Shown: positions 28,159 to 38,619, counted from the first letter of the stretch. The stretch is 64,000 nucleotides of DNA from Clostridia bacterium (GCA_017625935.1 JAGALA010000015.1:7696-71695); one strand, 5' to 3'. Program-made: numbers and translations. Notes: generated by a model not told the origin, from the letters alone.

Positions 28159-31100
28159 TTAATTTTCAGTCCTTCCACAAACGCACTCGCCGTTTTCGTA
28201 TGTATGTGTGTGTCCCCATACAACGGGGCAGTTTGAATAGTTCCACTGGTCTGACCAGTTGCTTGGTTGTTCCTCTGCTTCACAGTAAATTGTAAGTGAC
28301 GAACATTTTGAGAATGCGCTGGTGTTTATTTTTGTAACACTACTAGGAATTATTATTTTTTCAAGCGAGAAACATCCACTAAATGCAAAATCTCCAATAG
28401 TCGTTACATTTTTGCCAAGAGTTATGCTTGTTAAAGAACTACAGTTTCTAAATGAATATCCCCTTATTTCTTTCACGCTATCGCCGATAATTACGTTTGT
28501 TAACGAAGAGCAATTTTCAAAAGCCCATTCATAAATAGTTGTTATTCCGTTTCCAACAGTTACAGTAGTTAATTTATTGTAATTTTGCAAACGTGAATCA
28601 AGGATATAGTCTTTATTTTTTGTATTAGCACTTATATTAAGAATGCTTAGATGATATGATGAAAAATGTCCAATTGCATTTACTGGAACAGATGCTTCCT
28701 TGATTGGAGAATTATAGAATGCTTGGGACCCGATGCTGGATATATTATTTCCAATCGTTATATTTGTCAGAGAAGCACAGTATGAAAATGCATTTGAGCC
28801 GATATTAGTAACACTGTCTGGAATTGTAACATTTGTCAAACTTTCGCAATAATAAAATGCAGAATTGTCAATAGTTGTTATGCTTGTGGGGAATACTATG
28901 CTTTTTAACCTTCTGCATTTTTCGAATGCAGAAGGTCCAATAGCTGTTACGTTATCCCCTATTGTTACATTTGATAAAGCAGTGCAATCTTTAAATGCGT
29001 TTGTTTCTATAGTTGTTATGCTGTTAGGAATTTTTACATTTATAAGCGAATCGTTGCCGGAAAATGCTTCCGCTGATATAATCGTTACAGGAAAACCGTT
29101 GACAGAAGAAGGTATTATTAAGTCATTATCATTACAGCTACCGATACCTTTTACTGCTAAGGTTGCAGCATCGCTATTTAATGCGTATTCTAAACCTTCA
29201 CTTATGTATAAGTAGCCACAATTTATACACTCTTTTTCTTCGTTATATTGATGTCCAAGTGCGGAAATAACCTTTTGTTCAACTAAGAATTCACCGCAGA
29301 CGATACATCTTTTGCCTTCGGCAAGACCGGCTTTGGTGCACGTTGGTGCAACAGATGCTAGAATCTCTTCTGTGTGGCAAGCTAACACTTCGCACGGTTC
29401 GAGCAAAATTTCTTCGCAAACGGTACATTTAATTCCCATAGTGCAACCATTTTCGGTACAAGTTGGCTTAATTTCGGGAATTATTTCCATATTGTGTCCG
29501 AGTGCGTCAATGAATTGTTGCGCTACTAAAATTTCACCGCAAGTGAAACATTTTTTGCCTTCAGCAAGACCCGATGCAGTACACGTTGGTGCAACAGCAA
29601 CTATTGTTTCTTCGGTGTGTCCAAGCGCATTTACAGTTTCTTGCTTTGCCAAAATATCGCCACAAACAGAGCATTTTTTGCCTGCTGTGAGTCCTGATTC
29701 GGTACAGGTTGGAGCAACCGCAGAAATCGTTTCTTCGGTGTGCCCAAGAGCAACTACAGTTTCTTGTGCCGATAAAATCTCTCCACAAATAGAGCATTTC
29801 TTGCCTTCTGAAAGACCTGTTTCGGTACAGGTTGGGGCTATTGCAGGGATAATTTCTTCGCTGTGACCAAGTGCGTCTATCTCACCCGGTTCAAGTAAAG
29901 TTTCTTCGCAAACAGTGCAGCTGATTCCGTAAGAAAAACCGCCTTCTGTGCAAGTTGGAAGCTTTTCGGGGAGTGCTGACAAGGTATGTCCGAGTGCGTC
30001 AATGAATTGTTGTGCTACTAAAATCTCACCGCAGGCGGAGCATTTCTTGCCTTCGGAAAGACCAGATGTAGTGCAAGTGGGTACAATTGCTTCGATTTTC
30101 TGTTCGGTATGACCGAGAGCGTCGACTGTTTCTTGCTTTGCCAAAATATCGCCACAAACAGAGCATTTTTTGCCTGCTGTGAGTCCTGATTCGGTACAGG
30201 TTGGAGCAACCGCAGAAATCGTTTCTTCGGTGTGCCCAAGAGCAGCTAAAGTTTCTTGTGCCGATAAAATCTCTCCACAAATAGAGCATTTCTTGCCTTC
30301 TGAAAGACCTGATTCGGTACAGGTTGGCGCTATTGCTGGAATAATCTCTTCGCTGTGACCAAGTGCGTCTATCTCACCCGGTTCAAGTAAAGTTTCTTCG
30401 CAAACAGTGCAGCTGATTCCGTAAGAAAAACCGCCTTCTGTGCAAGTTGGAAGCTTTTCGGGGAGTGCAGACAAGGTATGTCCGAGCGCGTCGATGAATT
30501 GTTGCGCTACTAAAATTTCACCGCAGGCGGAACATTTCTTGCCTTCGGAAAGACCTGATGTAGTACACGTTGGTGCAACTGCAACGATTATTTCTTCGGC
30601 GTGTCCGAGCGCATTTACGGTTTCTTGCTTTTCCAAAATTTCGTCACAAATGAAGCATTTTTTGCCTTCTGTGAGACCTGACGATGTGCAGGTTGGAGCA
30701 ATTGCTTCAATTTTTTCTTCCGTATGACCGAGTTCGGCAACGGACTCTTGTGCCGTTAAAATCCCTCCACAAACAGAGCATTTCTTGCCTTCTGTGAGAC
30801 CTGTTTTGGTACAAGTTGGTAATATTGCTGGAATAATCTCTTCGCTGTGACCAAGTGCGCCTATCTCACCCGGTTCAAGTAAAGTTTCTTCGCAAACGAC
30901 ACATTTAATTCCCATAGTATAACCGTTTTCGGTACAGGTTGGCTTGACTTCGGAAATAATTTCCATATCGTGACCTAACGCATCAACAAACTCCTGTTCC
31001 GTTAATATTTCATTACACTCAGAGCACTTTTTGCCTTCGGTAAGACCTGATTTGGTGCACGTCGGTGCAGTCGCTGGAATTATTTCCTCGGTGTGAGTGT

Positions 31101-31185
31101 GCGGTTCCTCTCCACAGGAAGCAAGCAAAAGCCCTCCTAAAAGACACAGTATAAGCGACAAAACTAATAATGGTATTCTTTTCAT
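28159..31185 (-). CDS. Surface lipoprotein with 15 Cys/His repeats of ~41 aa and BspA-type leucine-rich repeats
   Basis: Lipobox LASC. Repeats H-x9-PTC-x3-G-x5-C-x2-C. C-terminal TpLRR (IP.SVT.IG..AF..C.SL). Confidence 0.85.
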   Translation of the reverse strand: MKRIPLLVLSLILCLLGGLLLASCGEEPHTHTEEIIPATAPTCTKSGLTEGKKCSECNEILTEQEFVDALGHDMEIISEVKPTCTENGYTMGIKCVVCEETLLEPGEIGALGHSEEIIPAILPTCTKTGLTEGKKCSVCGGILTAQESVAELGHTEEKIEAIAPTCTSSGLTEGKKCFICDEILEKQETVNALGHAEEIIVAVAPTCTTSGLSEGKKCSACGEILVAQQFIDALGHTLSALPEKLPTCTEGGFSYGISCTVCEETLLEPGEIDALGHSEEIIPAIAPTCTESGLSEGKKCSICGEILSAQETLAALGHTEETISAVAPTCTESGLTAGKKCSVCGDILAKQETVDALGHTEQKIEAIVPTCTTSGLSEGKKCSACGEILVAQQFIDALGHTLSALPEKLPTCTEGGFSYGISCTVCEETLLEPGEIDALGHSEEIIPAIAPTCTETGLSEGKKCSICGEILSAQETVVALGHTEETISAVAPTCTESGLTAGKKCSVCGDILAKQETVNALGHTEETIVAVAPTCTASGLAEGKKCFTCGEILVAQQFIDALGHNMEIIPEIKPTCTENGCTMGIKCTVCEEILLEPCEVLACHTEEILASVAPTCTKAGLAEGKRCIVCGEFLVEQKVISALGHQYNEEKECINCGYLYISEGLEYALNSDAATLAVKGIGSCNDNDLIIPSSVNGFPVTIISAEAFSGNDSLINVKIPNSITTIETNAFKDCTALSNVTIGDNVTAIGPSAFEKCRRLKSIVFPTSITTIDNSAFYYCESLTNVTIPDSVTNIGSNAFSYCASLTNITIGNNISSIGSQAFYNSPIKEASVPVNAIGHFSSYHLSILNISANTKNKDYILDSRLQNYNKLTTVTVGNGITTIYEWAFENCSSLTNVIIGDSVKEIRGYSFRNCSSLTSITLGKNVTTIGDFAFSGCFSLEKIIIPSSVTKINTSAFSKCSSLTIYCEAEEQPSNWSDQWNYSNCPVVWGHTHTYENGECVCGRTEN
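29636..30567. repeat. Near-identical intragenic duplication with 492-bp period
   Basis: The anchor CTGTGACCAAGTGCG recurs at 29861, 30353 and 30845. The period equals 4 x 123 bp repeat units. Confidence 0.85.
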
Positions 31186-31367
31186 ATATCTCTCCTGTTT
31201 TCGGATTTATAATCCGACATTCTATGTTTTTATTATACTATTATAATTGTGGTTTGTCAATTATATAAAACTGAAACACAGTTAAACTTGATAAGGCGAT
31301 TGCCGCGTTCTTTGGCAACTTTTGTGCTATGCGCATATCATATAAATGAGAAAAAGAGGTGATTATT

Positions 31368-32393
31368 ATGAAAAAGCCTACCCTGTGTCTGATTTTCGGA
31401 GGAAAAAGCAACGAATATGAGGTTTCCTTGCGCTCGGCTTACAATGTGCTTTGTGCAATTGAGCGCGAAAAATATAAGGTAATAAAGATAGGGATAACTA
31501 AAGGCGGCGAATGGTATCTATTCTCGGGGTGTGAGTGCGAAATTGCAGACGGAAGCTGGGAAAAGGGAAATTGCAAACGAATTTCTATTGACTTTGCAAG
31601 AAAAATGCTATATGCAGGGCGCAAAAAAATCAAGCCCGATATTGTTTTTCCCGTGATGCACGGTGAATACGGCGAGGATGGCAGAATACAGGGGATTTTT
31701 GAAGCACTTGGGATTAAGTGTGCAGGGTGTGACGCGTTTTGCTCACACACATCAATGGATAAGCACCTGACAAAGCTGATAGCAAGCGAGGCGGGTGTGG
31801 CGGTTGCAAAATACATAGTATTATATAAAAACATCAAGGAAAACGGCGAAAAGGCGCGCCAGTTTGCAGGGGAAATTGGCTACCCTGTGTTCGTAAAGCC
31901 CGCATTTGGCGGCTCGAGCGTGGGGGTGAGCATGGTGAAAAGCGAGGGTGAGCTTGACATCGCGATAAAAAACGCCTTCGCGGTCTCAAGTAAGATTTTA
32001 GTCGAGGAAAAAATAGATGGCGTGGAAACGGAGGTTGGTGTGCTTGAAATTGAGGGCGAGGCGGTTTCTTCCGTTGCGGGTCAGCTTTGCCACGGCGGCG
32101 AGTTTTATTCCTATGATGAGAAATACAAAAACGGAAAAACGAAGTATATTATCCCTGCCGAAATAGGCGAGAAAACCAAAAAAGAGCTGGAGGAGTGTCT
32201 GAAAAAGCTATATTCAGCACTCGGAATTCGCGGGCTTTGCCGCTTTGATTTCTTTGTCACGAGCGATGGGGCGCTTGTCTTTAACGAGGTGAACACCATG
32301 CCCGGCTTCACCCACGACAGTCTGTTCCCAATGCTTTGGCAGTATAGCGGCTACTCGACTGCGCAAATTCTTAATATTATATTAAATATATAA
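31368..32393 (+). CDS. ddl: D-alanine-D-alanine ligase
   Basis: FGGKSNEYEVS, HGEYGEDG, VKPAFGGSS, FYSYDEKY, NEVNTMPG. Confidence 0.93.
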   Translation: MKKPTLCLIFGGKSNEYEVSLRSAYNVLCAIEREKYKVIKIGITKGGEWYLFSGCECEIADGSWEKGNCKRISIDFARKMLYAGRKKIKPDIVFPVMHGEYGEDGRIQGIFEALGIKCAGCDAFCSHTSMDKHLTKLIASEAGVAVAKYIVLYKNIKENGEKARQFAGEIGYPVFVKPAFGGSSVGVSMVKSEGELDIAIKNAFAVSSKILVEEKIDGVETEVGVLEIEGEAVSSVAGQLCHGGEFYSYDEKYKNGKTKYIIPAEIGEKTKKELEECLKKLYSALGIRGLCRFDFFVTSDGALVFNEVNTMPGFTHDSLFPMLWQYSGYSTAQILNIILNI

Positions 32394-32400
32394 TTTAATC

Positions 32401-32429
32401 TTGAAAACGCGCAAAGATTAATGTATAAT
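32401..32429 (+). promoter_or_regulatory. SigA-type promoter for the murD-M42 cluster
   Basis: TTGAAA-17 nt-TATAAT with TG extension. Confidence 0.65.
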
Positions 32430-32444
32430 TATAAGGTGGTAGAG

Positions 32445-33743
32445 ATGAATATTGACTCTCTTTACGGAAAAAGCGTAGCCCTCATCGGCTACGGCGTGTC
32501 TAACCGCGCCCTGCTTGAGTATCTTACCGAAAACGGTATTTATCCAACCGTACGGTGTCCCGAGGCGGTAGCTTTGCCCGAGGGTGTGCGCGGTATTTTT
32601 GGCGACGGCTACTTAAATTTATGTGAGGAAATTGCGTTTCGCTCCCCGTCCGTCCATCCCGACAAAATTTCGGGTTGTGCGCGCGTATATACCGATTGTG
32701 AGCTGTTCCTTGGCAATGAAAATGCGTATAAAATCGGCATCACGGGCTCTGACGGCAAGACCACAACCACAACCTTGATAGGTGAAATCTTAAGGTGCAC
32801 AGGCAAGTGCGCGCACGTGTGCGGTAATATAGGAGTTCCGCTTGCAAGCGTTTTTCCGAGGGTGAAGCGCGGCGACTTTGTCGCTTGTGAGCTTTCGTCC
32901 TTTCAGCTACACCGCGCCGAAATTCCGCTTGACTGTGCGGTTGTAACCTCTATCAGCGAAAATCACCTTGATTACCACGCGGATATGTATGACTACATAA
33001 CGGCTAAGCGAAACATTCTGAAAAAAGCCAAGCGCGCGGTTGTCAACTATGATATGCGCTACCGCGACATGTTTACCCACCCCGAAATTACGTATTTTTC
33101 ACAAAATGATTTATCGGGGCAGCTTAGCGCAAGGAAAAATTACGTTTATATAAAAAACGGCTTTATTTACTATAACGAAAAGCGCCTTTCCCCCGCGGAA
33201 ATTATAAAAATGCGCGGCGCACACAACGTATATAACGTCCTTGGTGCTGTCGGCGCGCTATACGGTAAAATTCCGCTTGAAAGCATTATTTTGGCGGTGT
33301 CGTGCTTTTCGGGCGTTGAGCATAGAAACGAGGAAATTACGACACTCGGTGGGGTGAAATTTATAAATTCCTCGGCTGACACCTCTCCTGCGCGCACGGT
33401 AACCACGCTTGGTAGCTATCTTGGCAAGCGCGTTGTGGCAATAATGGGCGGAGGGGAAAAGAACCTTGATTACTCACCCCTTAGGGAAGCGGCGAAGCAG
33501 CTACACGCGGCGGTCTTACTTGGCGAAAACCGCGAAAAAATTGCAAGGGAAATAAGTGCTTTTACAAAAGTAATTACATCAAATGATATATATGAGGCAA
33601 CGAAAATAGCGTACACACAGGCGCGCCCTGACGGCTACGTCATTTTAACGCCTGCCTCAACAAGCTTTGATATGTTTGAAAATTATAAGGATCGGGCAGA
33701 AAAATTTAAGGATGCGGTATCGCGCCTTGATTTGAATGATTAA
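32445..33743 (+). CDS. murD: UDP-N-acetylmuramoyl-L-alanine-D-glutamate ligase
   Basis: GITGSDGKTTT, GNIG, ELSSFQL, NHLDYH, HRxE, PASTSFDMF. Start 32445 chosen because 32421 overlaps the -10 box. Confidence 0.9.
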   Translation: MNIDSLYGKSVALIGYGVSNRALLEYLTENGIYPTVRCPEAVALPEGVRGIFGDGYLNLCEEIAFRSPSVHPDKISGCARVYTDCELFLGNENAYKIGITGSDGKTTTTTLIGEILRCTGKCAHVCGNIGVPLASVFPRVKRGDFVACELSSFQLHRAEIPLDCAVVTSISENHLDYHADMYDYITAKRNILKKAKRAVVNYDMRYRDMFTHPEITYFSQNDLSGQLSARKNYVYIKNGFIYYNEKRLSPAEIIKMRGAHNVYNVLGAVGALYGKIPLESIILAVSCFSGVEHRNEEITTLGGVKFINSSADTSPARTVTTLGSYLGKRVVAIMGGGEKNLDYSPLREAAKQLHAAVLLGENREKIAREISAFTKVITSNDIYEATKIAYTQARPDGYVILTPASTSFDMFENYKDRAEKFKDAVSRLDLND

Positions 33744-33757
33744 GAAACGAGGCAGAA

Positions 33758-34786
33758 ATGGAAAAAATAAAGGAAATACTAAACATCTTGATAAGCGCGA
33801 CCTCGCCCTCGGGCTACGAATGCTTGGGTGCGGATGCGCTCGAAAATCTTGTAGGTGACACCTTCGACAAAATCTATACCGACAATCTCGGTACGGTGGT
33901 GCTGCTTAAAAAATCAAAAAAGGAAAACGCAAAAAAGCTCCTTGTTGACGCGCATTTTGACACGGTTGGTCTTATGGTAACGCGAGTATATGAGGGCGGC
34001 TTCCTTGGCGTTTGCTCCCTTGGCGGTCTTGACACGTCTGTTCTCCCATCGGGTGAGGTGACGGTTTACGGAAACGAGGAAATTTACGGCATAATTACCT
34101 CAACTCCGCCGCACTTAAAGACAGGCGACAGCTCCGCACCGAAATTGAAGGAGCTTTATATCGACACGGGACTTACAAAGGAGGAGGCGGAGAAGAAAAT
34201 TCCCGTCGGCTCCGTTGCGACCTTTAGAAATAAGGTTGAATATATAAACGGCGACTACGTAATAAGTGCAGGGCTTGACGACAAATCGTGCCTTTGTGCG
34301 CTTCTTTATGCCGCACAAGCGCTTGACCCCGAAAAAATGGAGTTTGACCTCTATATTACCGCCTCGGCACAGGAGGAAACGGGCAAGTGCGGCCCATCTC
34401 GCGCCGCATACGATATCGCCCCCGATCTTGCAATTGTAACGGACGTGAACTTTGCAAAAACGGGCAAGGACGAGGACTTTGAAGCTATTGAGTGCAAAAA
34501 GGGTGCATCAATTGACATTTCATCTGTTTGCACGCGCAAAACCGTAAAAAGCATTATGAAGCATCTAACGAGCGAAAAAATTCCTTACCAGGTGGTTTGC
34601 GAGCCGAGAGCGACCTCGACAAACGCGGATGCACTTTCAATAAGCACCCTCGGATTTCCGACGGTTTTAATGAGCATACCGCTTAAAGCAATGCACACAC
34701 CGAGCGAGATTGTAAATTTAAAAGATATCAAGTCACTTGCCGATATTGTTTCGTCTATCGCTACGTGCAAGGATATAATTGACTAA
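33758..34786 (+). CDS. M42 family aminopeptidase (paralog 1)
   Basis: SPSGYE, AHFD, LDDK, QEE, MHTPSE. Confidence 0.88.
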   Translation: MEKIKEILNILISATSPSGYECLGADALENLVGDTFDKIYTDNLGTVVLLKKSKKENAKKLLVDAHFDTVGLMVTRVYEGGFLGVCSLGGLDTSVLPSGEVTVYGNEEIYGIITSTPPHLKTGDSSAPKLKELYIDTGLTKEEAEKKIPVGSVATFRNKVEYINGDYVISAGLDDKSCLCALLYAAQALDPEKMEFDLYITASAQEETGKCGPSRAAYDIAPDLAIVTDVNFAKTGKDEDFEAIECKKGASIDISSVCTRKTVKSIMKHLTSEKIPYQVVCEPRATSTNADALSISTLGFPTVLMSIPLKAMHTPSEIVNLKDIKSLADIVSSIATCKDIID

Positions 34787-34799
34787 AAGGAGCGAAAAA

Positions 34800-35840
34800 A
34801 TGAAGGAGCTTTTGAAAAATCTTTCCCTCGCCTTCGGCCCGAGCGGCTGTGAGGACGCGGTAAGAGAGCTTGTATACGAAGAAATTAAGGATTATATAGA
34901 TAAAGACTCGGCAACCGTTGACGCTCTTGGCAACCTCATTGTGCATATGGGCGGTGATGGACCTAAGATGATGATATGCGCGCATATGGACGAGGTCGGC
35001 TTTATGGTAACGGGCATAGGGGAAAACGGCAGTTTGAAATTCGGCACGGTCGGCGGCATTGACCCTATCTCTTTGGGAGCTAAGCGCGTTATCTCCGAAA
35101 GCGGCGTGCGCGGCGCGATTAGTGCAAAGCCGATACACCTCTTAACAAAAGAGGAGCGCGAGGCAGGCCCGAAAATTAAAAATATGACGATAGACATCGG
35201 CGCTGACACAAGGGAAGAAGCAGAGGAGCTTACCTTTATCGGTGATTATTTCACCTTCGACTCGGGTTACGAGGAATACGGAAACGGCTATATAAAATGC
35301 AAGGCGCTTGATGACCGCCTTGGCTGTGCAATAATGTGTCAGCTTATAAAGGATATAAAAAACGGCGCAATTGACCTAAAGTACGATACCTATTTTGCGT
35401 TTACCACAAGAGAGGAAATAGGCTATTCGGGTGCGTTCTCGGCGAGCGCAAGGATAAATCCCGATTACGCTATTGTAATAGAGTCCAAGGCGGTTGCCGA
35501 CATTTACGGCGTTGAGGGCTCAAAAAAGGTATCCGTCCTTGGCGACGGCGTGATAATTTCATATGCCGACCGCGGTACAATCTACGACCGCACGTTAATT
35601 TCCCACATAAAGAGAATAGCGGACGAAAACGAGATAAAAAATCAGGTTAACCTATATATTTCGGGCGGTAACGACTCCGCAAATATTCAAAAAAATGCGT
35701 GCGGCGCGCGAGTATCAACGCTTTCCTGCGCATCACGCTATATTCACTCACAAAGTGACGTCATTCACGAAACTGACTTTTTTGCAGCCTATGAGGTAGT
35801 GAAAAAGGTGCTTAACGAAAACCCACCGACAAAGGAGTAA
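34800..35840 (+). CDS. M42 family aminopeptidase (paralog 2)
   Basis: GPSGCE, AHMDEVG, KALDDRLG, REEIG, RYIHS. ATG 34800. Confidence 0.9.
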   Translation: MKELLKNLSLAFGPSGCEDAVRELVYEEIKDYIDKDSATVDALGNLIVHMGGDGPKMMICAHMDEVGFMVTGIGENGSLKFGTVGGIDPISLGAKRVISESGVRGAISAKPIHLLTKEEREAGPKIKNMTIDIGADTREEAEELTFIGDYFTFDSGYEEYGNGYIKCKALDDRLGCAIMCQLIKDIKNGAIDLKYDTYFAFTTREEIGYSGAFSASARINPDYAIVIESKAVADIYGVEGSKKVSVLGDGVIISYADRGTIYDRTLISHIKRIADENEIKNQVNLYISGGNDSANIQKNACGARVSTLSCASRYIHSQSDVIHETDFFAAYEVVKKVLNENPPTKE

Positions 35841-35843
35841 AAA

Positions 35844-36818
35844 ATGAGAGATTTACTTAAAAAGCTTATGTACACCCCATCTGTTTCGGGCAGAGAGGAC
35901 AGGGTAAGAGAGGTTATATATAACGAAATTAAAGACTATTGCGACGAAATTTCGACCGACGCTATGGGCAATTTAATTGCACGCAAAATAGGTAACGGCA
36001 AGAAAATTATGTTCTGCGCGCATATGGACGAGATAGGCTTCTTTGCAACGTATATCACGGGCGACGGAGATATTAAGGTTAGCCCCGTTGGCGGCATAAA
36101 CACCCTTAGCGCGTCCCATCAGTGCGTCGTTTCCGAAAGCGGCGTGCGCGGTGTTTTAGTGCCTAATTCCTCAAAGGACAAGCCAAAATGCGAGGATATG
36201 TATATTGATATTGGCGCAAAGAACAAAAAGCAAGCAGAAAAGATTGTAAAAATCGGCGATTTCTTCGTTTGCGAGCCGAAACTTGAAAAGCTTCAAAATC
36301 AAAGATATATTGGCAGACCGTTTGACGACAGAGTTGGCTGCGCTATTATGATTGATGCAATAAAGAAGGTAAAGAGTGAAAACGATTTATACTTTGTTTT
36401 CTCCGTGCAGGAGGAGGTTGGCGGCAGAGGTGCAAAGCCCGCCGCATTTGCAATAGCCCCCGATTACGGAATTGCAATTGACGTAACTATGGTTGGCGAA
36501 AAGGGCGGCCCCGGTGAAATGGACGTTAAGCTCGGACGCGGCTGTGCTATCAAAATCAAGGACTCAAGCGTGATTTCCTCACCTGAGCTTGTTAAGAAAA
36601 TGCGCGAGATTGCAATGGACGGAAAAATCAAGTATCAAGATGAGATTTTACCTGCGGGCGGCACAGACGCATCCCCTATGCAAATTGCGGGCAGGGGAGC
36701 AAAGGTCAGCGTAATTTCAATTCCGACAGCACATATTCACACAAGCTGTGAAATGATTGATATGTTCGATGTAAAGGAGGCAGTAAAGCTCACGGTTGCT
36801 TTGGCTGAAAAGCTATAA
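35844..36818 (+). CDS. M42 family aminopeptidase (paralog 3)
   Basis: SVSGRE, AHMDEIG, FDDRVG, QEEVG, GGTDA, HIHT. Confidence 0.9.
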   Translation: MRDLLKKLMYTPSVSGREDRVREVIYNEIKDYCDEISTDAMGNLIARKIGNGKKIMFCAHMDEIGFFATYITGDGDIKVSPVGGINTLSASHQCVVSESGVRGVLVPNSSKDKPKCEDMYIDIGAKNKKQAEKIVKIGDFFVCEPKLEKLQNQRYIGRPFDDRVGCAIMIDAIKKVKSENDLYFVFSVQEEVGGRGAKPAAFAIAPDYGIAIDVTMVGEKGGPGEMDVKLGRGCAIKIKDSSVISSPELVKKMREIAMDGKIKYQDEILPAGGTDASPMQIAGRGAKVSVISIPTAHIHTSCEMIDMFDVKEAVKLTVALAEKL

Positions 36819-36833
36819 GCGAGCTGAAAAAAG

Positions 36834-37457
36834 ATGAAAAAAAGAATTATTTTACTTGTACTTGCAGCTATACTTTTGGTGCTTCCGCTTACCGCATGCG
36901 GCAAGGATACGGACGTGCCGAAGGGAATGAAGAAGGCATCGAATACCGAATTTTACACAATGTTCGTGCCGGAGGACTGGTACGTGGTGGAAACAAACTC
37001 CGACGTTACTCTTGCACAGTCAAAGAGCAATATTCTCGGCACGACCGAGCTTGAGCCCGTTACCGTAAACGCAATGTTTTGGTCGGTTGATAAGGAGCTT
37101 TGGGGCAAGGATGACGAGGCACAGGCCGCGTTTTATAAGAAATACGAGGAGGATATGAAGGGCACGTTTTCCGAGTTTACACATATTGAAACAAAGGAAT
37201 CGGGCTATTACACAGGCGCAAAGGAGCACACCTTCGGCGCAAAATACGGCGATATTTACTATAAATACAATATGACCGTTATTATCCACAACCAAATTTA
37301 TTACGTTATCACGTTTAATTTCCCGCAAAGCAACCTCACAAAGGATGCAGACGGCAACTTAAAGCCAAGCGAGAGCTTTGATAAGGCAGAGTTTGAGGAT
37401 TCAAAGTACGCGGGTGCAATTGAGGACGTGGTATCCAACTTCAAGCCGGAAAAGTAA
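36834..37457 (+). CDS. Lipoprotein of unknown function
   Basis: Signal peptide with lipobox LTAC, and a VPEDW motif. Confidence 0.65.
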   Translation: MKKRIILLVLAAILLVLPLTACGKDTDVPKGMKKASNTEFYTMFVPEDWYVVETNSDVTLAQSKSNILGTTELEPVTVNAMFWSVDKELWGKDDEAQAAFYKKYEEDMKGTFSEFTHIETKESGYYTGAKEHTFGAKYGDIYYKYNMTVIIHNQIYYVITFNFPQSNLTKDADGNLKPSESFDKAEFEDSKYAGAIEDVVSNFKPEK

Positions 37458-37458
37458 T

Positions 37459-38619
37459 ATGTCAGTTATTTATTTTGATAACAGCGCAACGACCAAAATG
37501 AGCAAGGGCGCGCTTGATGCTTTGAACGAAATGGCGGGGTGTCATTTTGGAAATCCATCTTCCCTGCACGCGTTGGGTCTTGATGCGGAAAAGAAGCTTT
37601 CTTTGGCAAGAGATACACTTGCAAAAAGCGTAGGGCTCCTTCGCTATACGCGCGCTGAGGTTATATTTACCTCGGGCGGCACGGAGTCAAACAATATTGC
37701 GATTTTTGGCTCGGTATTTGCAAAGAAAAGACAGGGAAACGAAAAAATCCTTACTACCGTTGGTGAGCATTCCTCAGTTGAGGAACCGCTTGCATTTCTT
37801 GAAAGAATGGGCTATAATATTGTGCGCGTGCCTACAACGGGCGGAGAGCTTGACCTTGAATTTATAAAGAAGAACGCGCGTGGCTGTATTCTTGCCACGT
37901 TTATGCACGTAAATAACGAAACGGGTGCGCTTTATGACCTGCCCCGTGCCTTCGAGGCGGTGAGAGAGCAGTCGCCCGATGCGGTTTTGCACGCGGACTG
38001 CGTTCAATCCTATCAAAAGGTTAAATTTACAAAGAAATCACTCGGCGCTGATTTGATTTCGGTGAGCGGCCATAAGGTAAACGGCCCTAAGGGCGTTGGC
38101 GCGCTTTTCGTTGGCGCGGATATAATCAAAGCAAAGAAGCTCTCACCGCTTTTCCTCGGCGGCGGACAGGAGTCGGGACTGCGCTCGGGCACGGAGAATT
38201 TATATTCCGTGTGTGCGTTTGCCAAGGCGGTATCCGAGCATATGGAAAATAAATGCGAGGCGGAGAAAATCGCCGCCCTTCGCGATTACATAGTAGAGGG
38301 AGCGACGAAAATTGACGGTGTGCGCGCAAATTTGCCAAAAAACCGTGCGCCTCATATTGTCAACCTCACCGTTTTCGGAATAAGGAGCGAAACCTTGCTT
38401 CACTACCTCTCGCGTGAGGGAATTTACGTATCGAGCGGCTCTGCGTGTGCTTCAAACGCGCCGAAAAAAGCAAGCGCCGCGCTCCTTGGCTTCGGGCTGA
38501 GCGAGGACGAGGCGGACTCGTCGGTTAGAATTTCACTCTCGTGGGAGAACACAAAAGAGGAGGCGGACAAGCTCTTTTGCGCGCTTGAAAATGCGACAAA
38601 AGCACTTGTTAAACGCTGA
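37459..38619 (+). CDS. Cysteine desulfurase (NifS/IscS class I)
   Basis: YFDNSATT, FTSGGTESNN, NNETG, SGHK (PLP Lys), RSGTEN, SSGSAC. Confidence 0.92.
   Translation: MSVIYFDNSATTKMSKGALDALNEMAGCHFGNPSSLHALGLDAEKKLSLARDTLAKSVGLLRYTRAEVIFTSGGTESNNIAIFGSVFAKKRQGNEKILTTVGEHSSVEEPLAFLERMGYNIVRVPTTGGELDLEFIKKNARGCILATFMHVNNETGALYDLPRAFEAVREQSPDAVLHADCVQSYQKVKFTKKSLGADLISVSGHKVNGPKGVGALFVGADIIKAKKLSPLFLGGGQESGLRSGTENLYSVCAFAKAVSEHMENKCEAEKIAALRDYIVEGATKIDGVRANLPKNRAPHIVNLTVFGIRSETLLHYLSREGIYVSSGSACASNAPKKASAALLGFGLSEDEADSSVRISLSWENTKEEADKLFCALENATKALVKR

Noticed and set aside
29636-30567. Diversity-generating retroelement template/variable repeat pair
   Set aside because: Both copies are in-frame protein repeats, the differences are not limited to adenines, and there is no reverse transcriptase in the window.
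31368-32393. VanA/VanB-type or D-Ala-D-Lac ligase
   Set aside because: The omega loop reads FYSYDEKY with the terminal Tyr typical of D-Ala-D-Ala ligases, and no van genes are nearby.
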